Assembly (NCBI GenBank): GCA_965224025.1
Contig: OZ245033.1
Location: 4,608,001-4,672,000 of the forward strand
DNA from: Candidatus Multivorans sp.
Lineage (GTDB): Bacteria; Acidobacteriota; Thermoanaerobaculia; Multivoradales; Multivoraceae
Reading direction: 5' to 3'
DNA length: 64,000 nucleotides
The notes beneath the pieces were generated by a model. That model had not been told where the DNA came from. It did no database searches and saw nothing but the letters and a program-made list of their open reading frames with translations. The translations under genes and the position numbers were made by a program. Below, in pieces: positions 51,306 through 61,722 of this stretch (positions are counted from its first letter, which is position 1; every line of letters starts with the position of its first letter).

Positions 51306-53495
51306 CTAGAGGCTGCGCAGCAGGGACCGTGCCGTCGCGACGTCGGCGTTGTACCGACCGCGGAGACTCGGAGTGGACGCCTCCCGCACGAACCGTTCCA
51401 GCGCCTGTCTGGCCAGTTCAGATCGACCCGAGCGAGCCGCGACGCTGCCCAGGTTGTAGAGCACGTCGAGATCTCGCGGCTTGAGTTCGACCGCGCGCCG
51501 CCATGCGTCGATCGCCTCGTCGACCCGACGCTGGTTGAACAGGGAGAGCCCCAGGTAGTTCCACGAGAGTGGAAGCTCCGGGTTCAGCGCCAACGCCAGA
51601 CGCGACTCTTCCTCGCACAGATGCCAATCGCGGGCGTGGATGGCAGCCAGAGCCAGGTTCTGACGCGCCAGCGGATTGCGTTCATCCACCTCGATCGACC
51701 GCAGCAGGACCTCACGCGCGCGTTCCGGCGCCCCCGCTTCGGCAAGGACAAGTCCAAGGACGTTCAGGGTGTCCGGATCCCTCGAATCGGAATGCTGCTC
51801 CATCAGCCGCACTGCTTCGGCGGCACGGCCGACTTCGGCAAGCGTGAGCGCCAACTGCCGCAGCAGCGAAACCGGCGCCACGAGCTCGCGTTGCGCTCGA
51901 ATCATCACGGCCAACGCCTCGTCCACCTTTGCTCGCTCGAGCAGAACCTGAGCCAGGTTCGAGTAACCGATGGCCATCTGCGGCCGGCGCGACACGACGT
52001 TTCTGGCGAGCTGCTCCGCGCGCTCCAGCTCTCCTCCCTGGTAGGCCTCCGAGAAGGCCTGAATCAACGAATCGAGTTCCACCAGCGCCTTCGGATCGTC
52101 CTCCTGGTCGTAGTGGTTCGATCCCGGGCCACTGCCCGCCCCACTCAGGTACCCCAGACTTCGGAGCGCCCGGCGTTCCTCCTCACTCACGGCACCCGCC
52201 GCGGGCGGCCACTCCGATTCGGTGGGCAGCAGGGACGCGAGTTCCGTCGTGACACTGTCCTCGGCGTGCAGGTTGTGTGCCTCGGCCGGGTCGGCCAACA
52301 GGTCGTATCGCTCCGGGATCGGCAGCGCGATGTACTTCAGGAGCCTCGTGCCGCTCCCGATTGGTCCACATTCGGGCCCTTCCAGCGGGTAGGGGGCGAT
52401 CACGCCGCGAAGCGGGGCCCAGCCCCGCTGAAGGTTCGTATGCAGCGCCTCGAAGTAGACGGAACCTGGACCTCGCAGGGCGCTCGTCTCCCCAGCGCCG
52501 GACGGGGACCGCCAGAGGCTTTGGCCTGCCAGATCCGGCACCAGGTGCAGTTCAACACCTGCCGCCTCCAGCATCGTCGGCAGGACATCGACATGACGAA
52601 CCGGCGCACCGATCCGGGATGGAGTCAGGCGCTCGGCCCAAAGGACCAGGGGCACCGCCAGCGTTGCTTCGTAGGCGAACAGGCCATGCGTCCTCTCGCC
52701 GTGGTCGCCAAGTGCCTCGCCGTGATCCGAAGTCACCACGACCAGGACTTCAGCTCGGACGTCATCCGGCGCGACGGCCTGGAGCAGGCGCCCGACGTAC
52801 TCGTCGGCAGCGGCGACCTCGCCCAGGTAGGGCTGCCCGGCAAACCGCGCCGCGAAAGGCGCCGGCGGTTCGTAGGGCGTGTGCGGCTCGTACAGATGCA
52901 CCCAGAGAAAGCGCGGTTCGCCTTCATGCCGCCGCCACCAACCGGCAGCGCCGTCCACCACCTCGGCGCCGCTTCGTTCGGCAACCGAGAAACCGCTCGT
53001 CGAACCCTCCGGATAGGAATCGTCGTAGATCTCGAAACCCCGGTCGAGTCCGTAGCGCGCATCCAAAGGGAATGCGGCCACGAAGGCGGCGGTGCGGAAC
53101 CCGGCCGCCGCAAACGCCTCGGCGACGGTGGGAGTATCCGGCGGCAGAACGAAGCCGGCATTATCCCGGACGCCGTGCTCGTAGGGCAAGCGGCCAGTCA
53201 ACAGGTTGGCGTGCGACGGCAGGGTCATCACACTGTGACCATAAGCACGGTCGAAGACCCAACCGGTCGCGGCAAGCCGGTCGAGGTGCGGGGTCCGGGC
53301 ATCCGCGTTGCCGGCGAACCCCAAGGCATCGGCGCGTAGCGTGTCGATCGTGACCAGCACGACATCCCGCACGAAGCCAAGTTCCGGCGCCTCGGGCCAG
53401 GCAACCGCTTCCGTACCGGTTGCCGACTCGACCACGCCAGGTGTGGGCCGACAGGTGGCCAGAGAGAGAGCGGCCAGCAAGATGGCGGCTGCCAC
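51306..53495 (-). CDS. Sulfatase-like/alkaline-phosphatase-superfamily hydrolase with C-terminal TPRs, possible lipoprotein
   Basis: VTIDTLRAD, TLPSH, HLYEPH.PY, SDHGE, H..F.Y...VPL, LRSLGY, then TPRs; LATC lipobox-like motif. Confidence 0.88.
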   Translation of the reverse strand: MAAAILLAALSLATCRPTPGVVESATGTEAVAWPEAPELGFVRDVVLVTIDTLRADALGFAGNADARTPHLDRLAATGWVFDRAYGHSVMTLPSHANLLTGRLPYEHGVRDNAGFVLPPDTPTVAEAFAAAGFRTAAFVAAFPLDARYGLDRGFEIYDDSYPEGSTSGFSVAERSGAEVVDGAAGWWRRHEGEPRFLWVHLYEPHTPYEPPAPFAARFAGQPYLGEVAAADEYVGRLLQAVAPDDVRAEVLVVVTSDHGEALGDHGERTHGLFAYEATLAVPLVLWAERLTPSRIGAPVRHVDVLPTMLEAAGVELHLVPDLAGQSLWRSPSGAGETSALRGPGSVYFEALHTNLQRGWAPLRGVIAPYPLEGPECGPIGSGTRLLKYIALPIPERYDLLADPAEAHNLHAEDSVTTELASLLPTESEWPPAAGAVSEEERRALRSLGYLSGAGSGPGSNHYDQEDDPKALVELDSLIQAFSEAYQGGELERAEQLARNVVSRRPQMAIGYSNLAQVLLERAKVDEALAVMIRAQRELVAPVSLLRQLALTLAEVGRAAEAVRLMEQHSDSRDPDTLNVLGLVLAEAGAPERAREVLLRSIEVDERNPLARQNLALAAIHARDWHLCEEESRLALALNPELPLSWNYLGLSLFNQRRVDEAIDAWRRAVELKPRDLDVLYNLGSVAARSGRSELARQALERFVREASTPSLRGRYNADVATARSLLRSL

Positions 53496-53572
53496 CGCCC
53501 CGGGGCTCGCCCTGGAGACGAGGGCAGCGATCCCGCGTTCGCGGGAGGGAGCCGAGAAGGTCGCTCCGGTTG

Positions 53573-54550
53573 TCAGAGCGATTCCAGATACTCCGCGAAC
53601 TGCTTCGCCTCATCGGCCTTCTCGCCCTCCGGCTCGAGTTCGAGCAGCCGGCGGAAGTCGGCTGCCGCCGCCGCGTTCTCGCCCGCGGCCATGTTCGCCA
53701 ACCCCCGGAAGTAGTAGGCTTCGGCCCAATCCGGTTTGGACTCGATGACCGCGTCGAACCTGCCGAGCGCACCCTTGAAGTCGTTCTGGTTGTACAGGTC
53801 GACTCCCTCACGGAGCAGAATCTCGGGGTCCGCGCGCAGCTCTTCCGGCAAACGCCGCAGGTATTGCCGCGCCTCGTCGTTGCGACCCAGCGCGGCCAAA
53901 CGCCGACTCATCAACTGAAGGGCGTCCACGTTGGTCGGCGCATAGCCAAGCGCCTTCTCCAGACTGGCCAGTGCCTCGTCCTCCCGATCCAGTTGTATCT
54001 GCGCTTGAGCGATCGCGACCAGTACCGCCGCCTTGCCGCCGTCGCCCAATGACGGCAACGCTTCGTTGAAGAGCGCCATGGCGCCTTCGAAGTCCCCTGA
54101 CAGCAGCAGGTCGTTGCCGCGCTCCAACGACTCGCGTGCGGCCTGGCCCGACTCGCCTTCGTCCAGGGCTGCCGCCGATCCGTCGGTCACCTCCTGGCCC
54201 CCAGGCTCAAGAGCCGTCTTGACGAACGGTCTCTCAGCGGCCGTCGCGTATTCGTTGAGTCGTACCGTGTGCTGACTGGGGATGTACCCCGGCTTCGTCA
54301 CGAAGACTTCCCAACTGCCGCCCGCCAGGCCGGCCCGCGCCCACCGGCCCTTCTTGTTCGTCAGAACTTCCTCCGCGGGTCCGACACCGTCGAGGGTCAA
54401 CTTGACGCTCGCCCCTTCGACCGGATTGCCTTCCAGATCGGCCACGCCACCGCTGAGTCGACCCCGGCCCACCCAGGCCTGGGCCGAAACCGCCGAGGTC
54501 AAAAGGATGCCGGCCAAGACCGCCACGGCAACACGGGTTCGATAGGTCAT
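53573..54550 (-). CDS. Carboxypeptidase-regulatory-like domain + TPR secreted protein
   Basis: GGAGG RBS before ATG 54550; signal peptide; GRLSG.V.D..GNPVEGA.V, TNKKGRW, then TPRs. Confidence 0.85.
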   Translation of the reverse strand: MTYRTRVAVAVLAGILLTSAVSAQAWVGRGRLSGGVADLEGNPVEGASVKLTLDGVGPAEEVLTNKKGRWARAGLAGGSWEVFVTKPGYIPSQHTVRLNEYATAAERPFVKTALEPGGQEVTDGSAAALDEGESGQAARESLERGNDLLLSGDFEGAMALFNEALPSLGDGGKAAVLVAIAQAQIQLDREDEALASLEKALGYAPTNVDALQLMSRRLAALGRNDEARQYLRRLPEELRADPEILLREGVDLYNQNDFKGALGRFDAVIESKPDWAEAYYFRGLANMAAGENAAAAADFRRLLELEPEGEKADEAKQFAEYLESL

Positions 54551-54646
54551 GAGTCCTCCTCGTTCTCCGAAACGCCGATCTCCTTGCACATGCTACTACC
54601 GCCCTCCGGGGCGCCGACACCCAATCCACTCTCCTTCGGCCACGAA

Positions 54647-54676
54647 GAAGGGCCGGGGATTCTTCCCCGGCCCTTC
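54647..54676 (-). terminator. Strong hairpin downstream of the TonB receptor gene (terminator or mRNA stabiliser)
   Basis: Perfect 13-bp stem gaagggccgggga-ttct-tccccggcccttc; only a weak U tract. Confidence 0.6.
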
Positions 54677-54728
54677 GTTCCGTCGGCTCAGTGGCCGGAC
54701 AACCGGCCGCTAGCCGTCTGTTCCGGAC

Positions 54729-57632
54729 TTACCTCCAGCTCAGACGGACACCCAAGCGATACACGCGCGGAGCGATGTGATCGTCCAGGTTACCCGAGTT
54801 CGAGCGACCACCTCTGTCGATCCATGACAGCGCCGTGCCACGGTTCGTCACGTTGAAGATGTCGATGCCGAAGGTCAGGTTCAGCGGACCCGACACGGCG
54901 AACTCCTTCTCAAGCCTGACATCCATCGTGTGAACGTCAGGCAGCCGCACCGAGCCGAGATCATCGACGATGTTGATGCTGGCGCTGTCCGCATTCGAGA
55001 GGTTTTCGATAACGTAGAAGGCAGCCGGCGAGCCCTCCCGACCGGTCAGATTGGCCGAGACGTTGAAGCCCCAACCCCTGTCGGGAGCGACCTGGTACAT
55101 GCCGTTCAGGTTGTACGACCAGGTCGACTGCAGGTACCGCTGTCCCTTGCCGGAACCACTCGAGCGCTCCATGTAGATCTGGCCGTCGACGTCACCGCCA
55201 GCTCGTCCGGGATTCCGGTTGAAGTGGTCGTAGAACTCGTCGGGCACGTTCCACTCGGCGTCGCCGTACTGGAAGAACCCGCGAGCCATCCAGCGGTTGG
55301 ACAGCCGCTTCGTCAGGCTCACGTTGTAGCCGAGGAAGTCGCGGGAGCGGAACCCCTGCTGCCAGTGACTACCGCCGGCAAACTCGAGCCCGTCTGCGAG
55401 GTCGTACAACTGGACCCTGTAGCTGCCGCCATCGCGTGGCACGGTGCCGCTGGCAACATGGGACGGCACGAAGTCCGAGCCCCGTTGCAGACGGCGATTG
55501 CCGTTCGCGTCCTCGAGGTACGGGATGCCCACCGTCAGGTCGTCCACGCTGCGCGACGTGATGCCGAAGCCGGCGACCAGTTCGGGCATGAACTCGTGCT
55601 CAACGCCGATGATGAACTCGGTGGTGAGCGGCGGATCCAGATCCGGATCCGTCGTGTCGAGGACGTTGAACGGGTCGTCGAGATCCACGTTGGCGAAGAA
55701 GGTCTCGCCCGGCGAGTAGCAGACCTGATCGGCAATGCTCAGATCGTCGCAGATCACGATGACCCGGTTGTAGCCCAGCGGAGAGTTCCGCGTCACGGAG
55801 TTCGTCGGCAACTGGTCGGCGAACTGGGAAAGGCTCGCGCGAAGCAGTGTCGTGCGGCCCTCTCCGAGCGCGTAGGTCGCGCCGAGACGCGGCACGATCG
55901 ACGTCCAACCGAAGCCCGCCTCGGATCCCTCGAAGGTGATCGCCGGCAGGAGGTCGGGGCGCGTCGGATGCGCAGGCAACTCGTATACGCCGTTCTCACC
56001 ACCCTGGTCGTCCCAGCGGAGGCCGACGTTCAACGTCAAGCGACCGAACGTGATCGTGTCCTGGGCGTAGAGGGCGTTGTAGTCGGCTGACAGGGCTCCG
56101 TAGTCGGTGCGCACGTAGTTGGTCCAGGAACGAGCACCGTAGTGCCACGTATCCCTCGGACCCTGATAGAAGGCCGAGCTGTTCTCGTAGGTACGGAATC
56201 GACCACCCATCTTCAGCTCGTGGTTGACGGAGGCGCCGCTGGTGAAGAAGTAGCTCGCGTCGGCCTGGAACAGGTCGTTCGGAGACGCTGCCGAGCCGGA
56301 ACGGTAGTTCCCCTGCCAGACGCCGTCGGCCAGGGTCGGATCCAACGCCTTGGGATCGAGACCGTTCTGGTTCGACAGGTGGCCCCGAGCAAGCAGCGCG
56401 AAGCCGAAGTCGCCGTGCGAGTAGACACCGACGGAGAAGAGATTCGGCGAGAAGACGTGCTGGTCCTCCAACCGGTACTGGGCCGAGGGGCCACGCTGAT
56501 TCCAGGTCGTCTGAGGCGGGCGGGTCGTACCGCCACCGCGGCCGAACTTCAACTTGTCGCCATTGTTGTAGGAGGCGACCATCGAGTTGTCGTTCGAGAG
56601 CTGGCCGTTGATCTTGATCACCGTGTTCTCGAGGAGGGTGTCGTCAGCGGCACCGGTGACGTTGTTCTGGCCGATGTCCTGCTGACCCCAGCTTCCCCAC
56701 AGCCACAGGCGATCCTGGATCGCGGCGCCGCCGGCCTCGAAACCGAAGTCCTCGATCTTGCGGACCCTGGCGCCGGGCAGTTCGGTCTGGCCGTTGCTCT
56801 GGTAGAGCTGGCTGTCGATGTTCGGTTCCAACCCCTTGAGCAGGCCGCCGAAATAGCCCGTCGCCTGGGTGTTGTAGAACCGCGCCGAACCGCGGAACTC
56901 GTTGGTTCCACGCTTCGTGACCAGGTTGACCGCCACGCCGGACGTGCTCTTCGTGACGTCCGACCCGCCGGTCGTGAACGACATCTCGGCGAACTGGTCG
57001 AAGTCGTAGTACGTCGGCGACGCGCCGGTGGCGCGCATGTCGGTGATCTCCGTGCCGTCGAGCTGGAACGTGTTCTCATCGCTCGACACGCCCTGGGCCC
57101 GGAAGACGGACTGCTGGCCGGACTCGCTGCCGGCGACGTTGATCCGGTCCACGAGCACGCCCGGCGTCTGGCTCAGGACGGCCCAAGGGTCGCGAGCGGT
57201 CGGGATCTTCTCAAGTTCCACCTGCGTGACGTTGGTGCCGGCCCTGATTTGGCGTTCGTCGAGCAGCGGGCTCTCGGAAGTGACGGTAATCGTCTCTTCA
57301 AGTGCGGCCGTCAAGGTCAGCGGCAGGTCCGTGTTGCGTCCCAGCCGGATACTGACGTCCGGGTACTCAAGGCCGCCGAAACCGTCGAGTTCGGCCTTCA
57401 CGTTGCACGAGCCCGGGTCGATCGCCAAGAAGCGGAAGGCGCCGTTGGCATCGGTGAACTGCTCCCGCGTTGCGCCGATACCAGTGACGGTCACCTTGAC
57501 GCCGGGCAGAGCGGCGCCGGACTCGTCCATCACGGTGCCGTAGAGATTGCCCGTCGTCTGCTGGCCCCAGGCCAAGCCTCCAACGAGCAAACAAAGGATG
57601 ACGCTGAACGTCGAAACGAGGCGTTTGTTCAT
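54729..57632 (-). CDS. TonB-dependent receptor with N-terminal carboxypeptidase-regulatory-like domain (Oar-like)
   Basis: Signal peptide, G.V.DESGA.LPGV.V, ETITVT (TonB-box-like), plug PTARDPW..L..TPG, NLVTKRGTN, C-terminal PRVYRLGVRLSW. Confidence 0.92.
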   Translation of the reverse strand: MNKRLVSTFSVILCLLVGGLAWGQQTTGNLYGTVMDESGAALPGVKVTVTGIGATREQFTDANGAFRFLAIDPGSCNVKAELDGFGGLEYPDVSIRLGRNTDLPLTLTAALEETITVTSESPLLDERQIRAGTNVTQVELEKIPTARDPWAVLSQTPGVLVDRINVAGSESGQQSVFRAQGVSSDENTFQLDGTEITDMRATGASPTYYDFDQFAEMSFTTGGSDVTKSTSGVAVNLVTKRGTNEFRGSARFYNTQATGYFGGLLKGLEPNIDSQLYQSNGQTELPGARVRKIEDFGFEAGGAAIQDRLWLWGSWGQQDIGQNNVTGAADDTLLENTVIKINGQLSNDNSMVASYNNGDKLKFGRGGGTTRPPQTTWNQRGPSAQYRLEDQHVFSPNLFSVGVYSHGDFGFALLARGHLSNQNGLDPKALDPTLADGVWQGNYRSGSAASPNDLFQADASYFFTSGASVNHELKMGGRFRTYENSSAFYQGPRDTWHYGARSWTNYVRTDYGALSADYNALYAQDTITFGRLTLNVGLRWDDQGGENGVYELPAHPTRPDLLPAITFEGSEAGFGWTSIVPRLGATYALGEGRTTLLRASLSQFADQLPTNSVTRNSPLGYNRVIVICDDLSIADQVCYSPGETFFANVDLDDPFNVLDTTDPDLDPPLTTEFIIGVEHEFMPELVAGFGITSRSVDDLTVGIPYLEDANGNRRLQRGSDFVPSHVASGTVPRDGGSYRVQLYDLADGLEFAGGSHWQQGFRSRDFLGYNVSLTKRLSNRWMARGFFQYGDAEWNVPDEFYDHFNRNPGRAGGDVDGQIYMERSSGSGKGQRYLQSTWSYNLNGMYQVAPDRGWGFNVSANLTGREGSPAAFYVIENLSNADSASINIVDDLGSVRLPDVHTMDVRLEKEFAVSGPLNLTFGIDIFNVTNRGTALSWIDRGGRSNSGNLDDHIAPRVYRLGVRLSWR

Positions 57633-57748
57633 GATGTTCGATACTCCCTCCGAAGTGTGTTTACACAGAAACCCGCGCTACCTGGGCGACGCGAAACCTG
57701 CGGTTTGGGAAGAGCCTCATCGGCTCACCAACGGTATGGAACTCCCCC

Positions 57749-57764
57749 GCAAGGGGTATGCCAA
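57749..57764 (-). promoter_or_regulatory. Putative sigma-54 (-24/-12) promoter of the TonB receptor gene
   Basis: Minus strand TTGGCAT-ACCCC-TTGC matches TGGCAC-N5-TTGC with exact GG/GC spacing, 117 nt upstream of the ATG. Confidence 0.7.
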
Positions 57765-58117
57765 AGCGACGAGGTACCGGCCACTCCATACGGCGACCGG
57801 AACCCTCCACCAACAGGGGGATTGGCGCCGGACTCGGCCGAGGACGCGCCAAAATGGCGCTGCTCAACCCACGGAGCCATCCAAGAAAGTGCTTCGTATC
57901 CATAACCTTGAATCGTCTCTCCAACTGATCCGCGCCGCGGGGCGTTCCCTGATCCGGTCCTGACGCGCGTCATTCGACTGTGACCCGACCGGCTCCCAAG
58001 CGCGACGGCGATGCGCCGAAGCGCCGATGCGTGACTGACGAGAAACCGTCAACCGCACTAAGCTGTGACGGGCGCAAACTGCGGATCAACCTTTTGAGTG
58101 CGGGAATCGTACAGTAG

Positions 58118-59332
58118 ATGAACCGGGTTGTCTACGGCGGCCGCGCCCGCCCACGCAATCCTGTCCCCCACGCAGTCACCGTGAACGGTCCCAACACAGA
58201 TCTCGGACCGACCCGTTCCGCGCGGTACCGGACCGCCGCACCTCTCTTTCTCGCCGCCGTCTGCGCCGCCTGCACGGGCTTTGTTCCCTTTGACGGGTCT
58301 CAGGCGCTGACTCCCGAGTTCGAGCGTCGCCTGGGTGCCGACTGGCGAGAGCGGATCGTCGTTCCCTTCGGGATGGACGAGGAGCTGCGCCAGGCGATCA
58401 ACGAACGGATCAGCCCCGCCGGAAGCGAGACGCGCAGGCGTGACGCCGTCCTCGACTTCATCTTCGGCTGGATCGACCTGGAGTACGCACTCACACCCAC
58501 CCGGACCGCGCGCGAGACCTTCGTCGCCGCCCGGGGCAATTGCCTCTCGTTCGTCAACCTGTTCGTCGCGGTAGGGCGCGAACGGCGGCTGAACCCCTTC
58601 TTCGTCGAGGTCGAGGACTACCAGCGTTGGAACTACGAGGACGGCGTCGTGATCAGCCGCGGCCACATCGTCGCCGGCATGTACGTCGACGGGGAGATGG
58701 CCACCTACGACTTTCTTCCCTACCGGCCCAAGTCCTACCGCGACTTCGAGCCCATCAGCGATCTGGCCGCCGCCGGCCACTACTACAACAACCTGGGCGC
58801 GGAGGCCCTGATGGCGAACGACCTCGACGCCGCCGAAAAGTGGTTGAACATCGCCGTCCGGCTGGCGCCCGACTTCGACAAGGCAATCAACAACCAAGGC
58901 ATCCTCCTGCTCCGGCGCGACCGCGTCGACGAGGCAGTGCGGGTCTACGAGGAAGGTCTGGAGCTTCATCCGCGGAACGTTCCGCTGCTGACGAACCTGG
59001 TCCGGACCTACCAGATCCAGGGCCGGCACGAGCGCGCCGGCGAACTGCTCGACATCCTCGAAGACCTGAACATGGCCAGTCCTTTCTTCTACATCTATCG
59101 GGGCTACGCCGCCCTGGCGGCCGGCGACCCGGATCTGGCCCTGGACTACATGCGCAGGGCCTTCCGCGCCGACTCCGAACTTCCAGAGGTCCATGTGGGC
59201 CTCGTCAGGGTCTTTCTGTCGACGGGCAAGACGCGTGAAGCGAAACACCACGTGGAGCGTGCTCTCCGCCTGGACGCGACCCACCAGGAGGCCCGCAAGT
59301 ACGCGGCCCTTCTGGAGCGGGAAGTGCCTTGA
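58118..59332 (+). CDS. Transglutaminase-like domain + TPR protein, probable lipoprotein
   Basis: GNCLSF (Cys), RGHI (His), YDF (Asp) triad-like; YYNNLGAE followed by TPRs; CAAC lipobox-like motif. True start may lie downstream. Confidence 0.8.
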   Translation: MNRVVYGGRARPRNPVPHAVTVNGPNTDLGPTRSARYRTAAPLFLAAVCAACTGFVPFDGSQALTPEFERRLGADWRERIVVPFGMDEELRQAINERISPAGSETRRRDAVLDFIFGWIDLEYALTPTRTARETFVAARGNCLSFVNLFVAVGRERRLNPFFVEVEDYQRWNYEDGVVISRGHIVAGMYVDGEMATYDFLPYRPKSYRDFEPISDLAAAGHYYNNLGAEALMANDLDAAEKWLNIAVRLAPDFDKAINNQGILLLRRDRVDEAVRVYEEGLELHPRNVPLLTNLVRTYQIQGRHERAGELLDILEDLNMASPFFYIYRGYAALAAGDPDLALDYMRRAFRADSELPEVHVGLVRVFLSTGKTREAKHHVERALRLDATHQEARKYAALLEREVP

Positions 59333-59390
59333 ACCCGGCAGAGGATAGACGCCGGCTCAACTGCTAGCCTTAGGGAATCGATGTCCCGGG

Positions 59391-61643
59391 ATGGGGCATC
59401 CGAGGAACATGAAACGCGAATCATCGTCCGCGTCCCTCGACCAGCTCGGCGCGAGCCCCTGGCGCCGGCCGAGCCTCGCCCACATCACGAGGCCGGCGCT
59501 TCTGGCGGTGCTCTTCGGAGCAATGGCCCTGGCGGCCCAGGGCCCCAACGATCTGCCCGAGTTCGACGAACGCGCCCTCGTCTTCGAAGTTCAGGTGCCG
59601 GTGAACGTCGTCGGCAGGGACGGCGAATCGGTCCGCGGCCTGACCCGCGAGGACTTCCAGCTTCTCGACGAGGGCGATGTGCAGGAAGTGTCCGGATTTC
59701 AGGTCGTGGACCTCGATCTCCTGGCGCCGGACGACCGGCGCGTGATCGATACGGGGCACGGTCTGCCGCCGGCCGTCAGGCGGCACTTCCTGCTCCTGTT
59801 CGACCTCACGTTCTCCGCCCCGACAGCGGTCGCCCGAGCCCGAGTGGCCGCCCAGGAATTCGTCCTCAACGAGATGCATGCCACCGATCTGGCCGCGGTC
59901 GCCGTGCATACCGCGGAATCCGGATCCCAGTTGCTGGTCACGTTTACGCCGGACCGGGCCCAACTCGCCCGAGCGATCGCCACGCTCGGCAATCCCCGCC
60001 TGCTGAAGCTCGTCACCAAGGATCCCCTCGGTTTCCTGATCGACGCGCCCCGTCCGGCGACCTCGGCGGCGCTGGACGCCGGCGGCGTGGACCAGAGCAT
60101 CTCCGAGATGGAGGGCGGCCTCGACGGCTACCTTCGGATCATCGGCAACCAGATGGCCAGGTACGAGCGCAGCTTCGCCCGCGGCCGGATCTCGAGCTGG
60201 GCCGACTCGCTGCAGGACATGGGGCGGATCCTGGGCAGCGTCGAGGGCCGCAAGCACGTCATCCTGTTCTCGGAGGGGTTCGACGGCCGGCTGCTGTTCG
60301 GGCGCCAGCCCGACTTCTTCGACGAAGACATGCAGCGCGAGATCCAGGCCATCGAGGACGGCCGGTATGCCGAGGTCGACACGGACGACCGGTACGGCAA
60401 CACCCAGCTTCAGGTCCTGATGGATCAGATGCTGCGGGAGTTCAGCCGGGCGAACGCCGTCATCCACGCGGTCGACATCTCGGGCCTCAGGGCCGACATG
60501 CCTGACGAGCGCCGCGCCCGCATCGTGGGGCGGGATGCGCTCTTCTACATCTCCAACGAAACGGGCGGCGGGTTCCACGAAGACGCGAACGACTTCGGGG
60601 CGGAACTCCGCGAAGTACTGGCCTCGTCCAACGTCACCTACCTGCTGTCCTTCGAACCCTCCGGTCCGGGCAAACCGGGCGACCACCGCCGGATCACGAT
60701 CCGCGCACGAGCGCCCAGGGGATCCCAGGTTTCCCACCGGATGGGGTACGTCACGCCCCGCCCCTACGGTGACCTCCACCCCATGGAGAAACGCCTGCTG
60801 GCCTCGGACCTGATCGCCACGGCGACGGAAACGGACGGTCTCAAGATCGACGTGCTGGCCGCGCCCTTCCGAGCGACCGGAGGCGAAGCGTACGTACCCG
60901 TGATCATCGAGATCGGAGGCGACGGGCTGCTCGACGCGCACGAAGCGGCCCATCTCCCGGTCGAGATCTACGCCTACGTCACCGACGACAAGGCCCAGAT
61001 GCGCGACTTCTTCAGCCGGGTCGTGACACTCGACCTGGCCGGGCGTGAGGATGCCTTCGCCAATACCGGGCTGAAGTACTACGGCCACCTGAACCTCGCC
61101 CCCGGCGCGTATCTTGTGAGGGTTCTCGCCCGCAACGCCGTCACCGGCAGTACCGGCGCGGCGACGGTCGAACTCGACGTCCCGCCCTTCGCCGACGGGC
61201 GCCCGGCCCTGCTGCCGCCATTCTTCCTGGAAGAGCCCGGAAGCTGGTTCCTGGTCCGTGAGCAGCCTGGCGACCAGTACGCCAAGACCACGGTCTATCC
61301 GTTCACGGTGAACGGCGAACCCTACGTGCCTTCGGCCGTGCCTCTGTTGCCGTTGAGCGGTGATTCGGACGGCGCGGAGCTCTGCCTCGTGGGCTACAAC
61401 CTCGGAACAGGCGAACTGACACTGCAGGCAACCCTCACCGGCCCGGAAGGCGAGACGGTAACCGGGGGCGCACTCCGTCTCCGCGAGCGCACCGTGACCG
61501 GAATCCCGGGGCTCGACAAGCTCGTTGCAGCCTTCGAGCCCACCGGTCTCGAACCGGGCGACTACACTCTCCGTGTCGCGGTGACGGACCAGGCGAATCA
61601 AGCCACGTCCGCCAACTCGATCCCCTTGAAGGTGCTGAACTGA
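59391..61643 (+). CDS. VWA-domain protein (Acidobacterial VWFA-related type)
   Basis: VPVNV..RDG..VRGLTREDF, RHFLLLFD, GRKHVILFSEGF, ETGG, YLLSF; start uncertain. Confidence 0.87.
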   Translation: MGHPRNMKRESSSASLDQLGASPWRRPSLAHITRPALLAVLFGAMALAAQGPNDLPEFDERALVFEVQVPVNVVGRDGESVRGLTREDFQLLDEGDVQEVSGFQVVDLDLLAPDDRRVIDTGHGLPPAVRRHFLLLFDLTFSAPTAVARARVAAQEFVLNEMHATDLAAVAVHTAESGSQLLVTFTPDRAQLARAIATLGNPRLLKLVTKDPLGFLIDAPRPATSAALDAGGVDQSISEMEGGLDGYLRIIGNQMARYERSFARGRISSWADSLQDMGRILGSVEGRKHVILFSEGFDGRLLFGRQPDFFDEDMQREIQAIEDGRYAEVDTDDRYGNTQLQVLMDQMLREFSRANAVIHAVDISGLRADMPDERRARIVGRDALFYISNETGGGFHEDANDFGAELREVLASSNVTYLLSFEPSGPGKPGDHRRITIRARAPRGSQVSHRMGYVTPRPYGDLHPMEKRLLASDLIATATETDGLKIDVLAAPFRATGGEAYVPVIIEIGGDGLLDAHEAAHLPVEIYAYVTDDKAQMRDFFSRVVTLDLAGREDAFANTGLKYYGHLNLAPGAYLVRVLARNAVTGSTGAATVELDVPPFADGRPALLPPFFLEEPGSWFLVREQPGDQYAKTTVYPFTVNGEPYVPSAVPLLPLSGDSDGAELCLVGYNLGTGELTLQATLTGPEGETVTGGALRLRERTVTGIPGLDKLVAAFEPTGLEPGDYTLRVAVTDQANQATSANSIPLKVLN

Positions 61644-61722
61644 GCACCGGGCGTCTCAAGCCAAGGCGCCAGGCGAAGAACAATCCACTTCCAGACCGAG
61701 GATCCTCAGGAGGACCTTTGGA

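Noticed and set aside
58084-58096. IHF-like site gATCAAccttTTG near the sigma-54 promoter
   Set aside because: It mismatches the first consensus position and lies about 320 bp from the promoter, too far for the usual placement.
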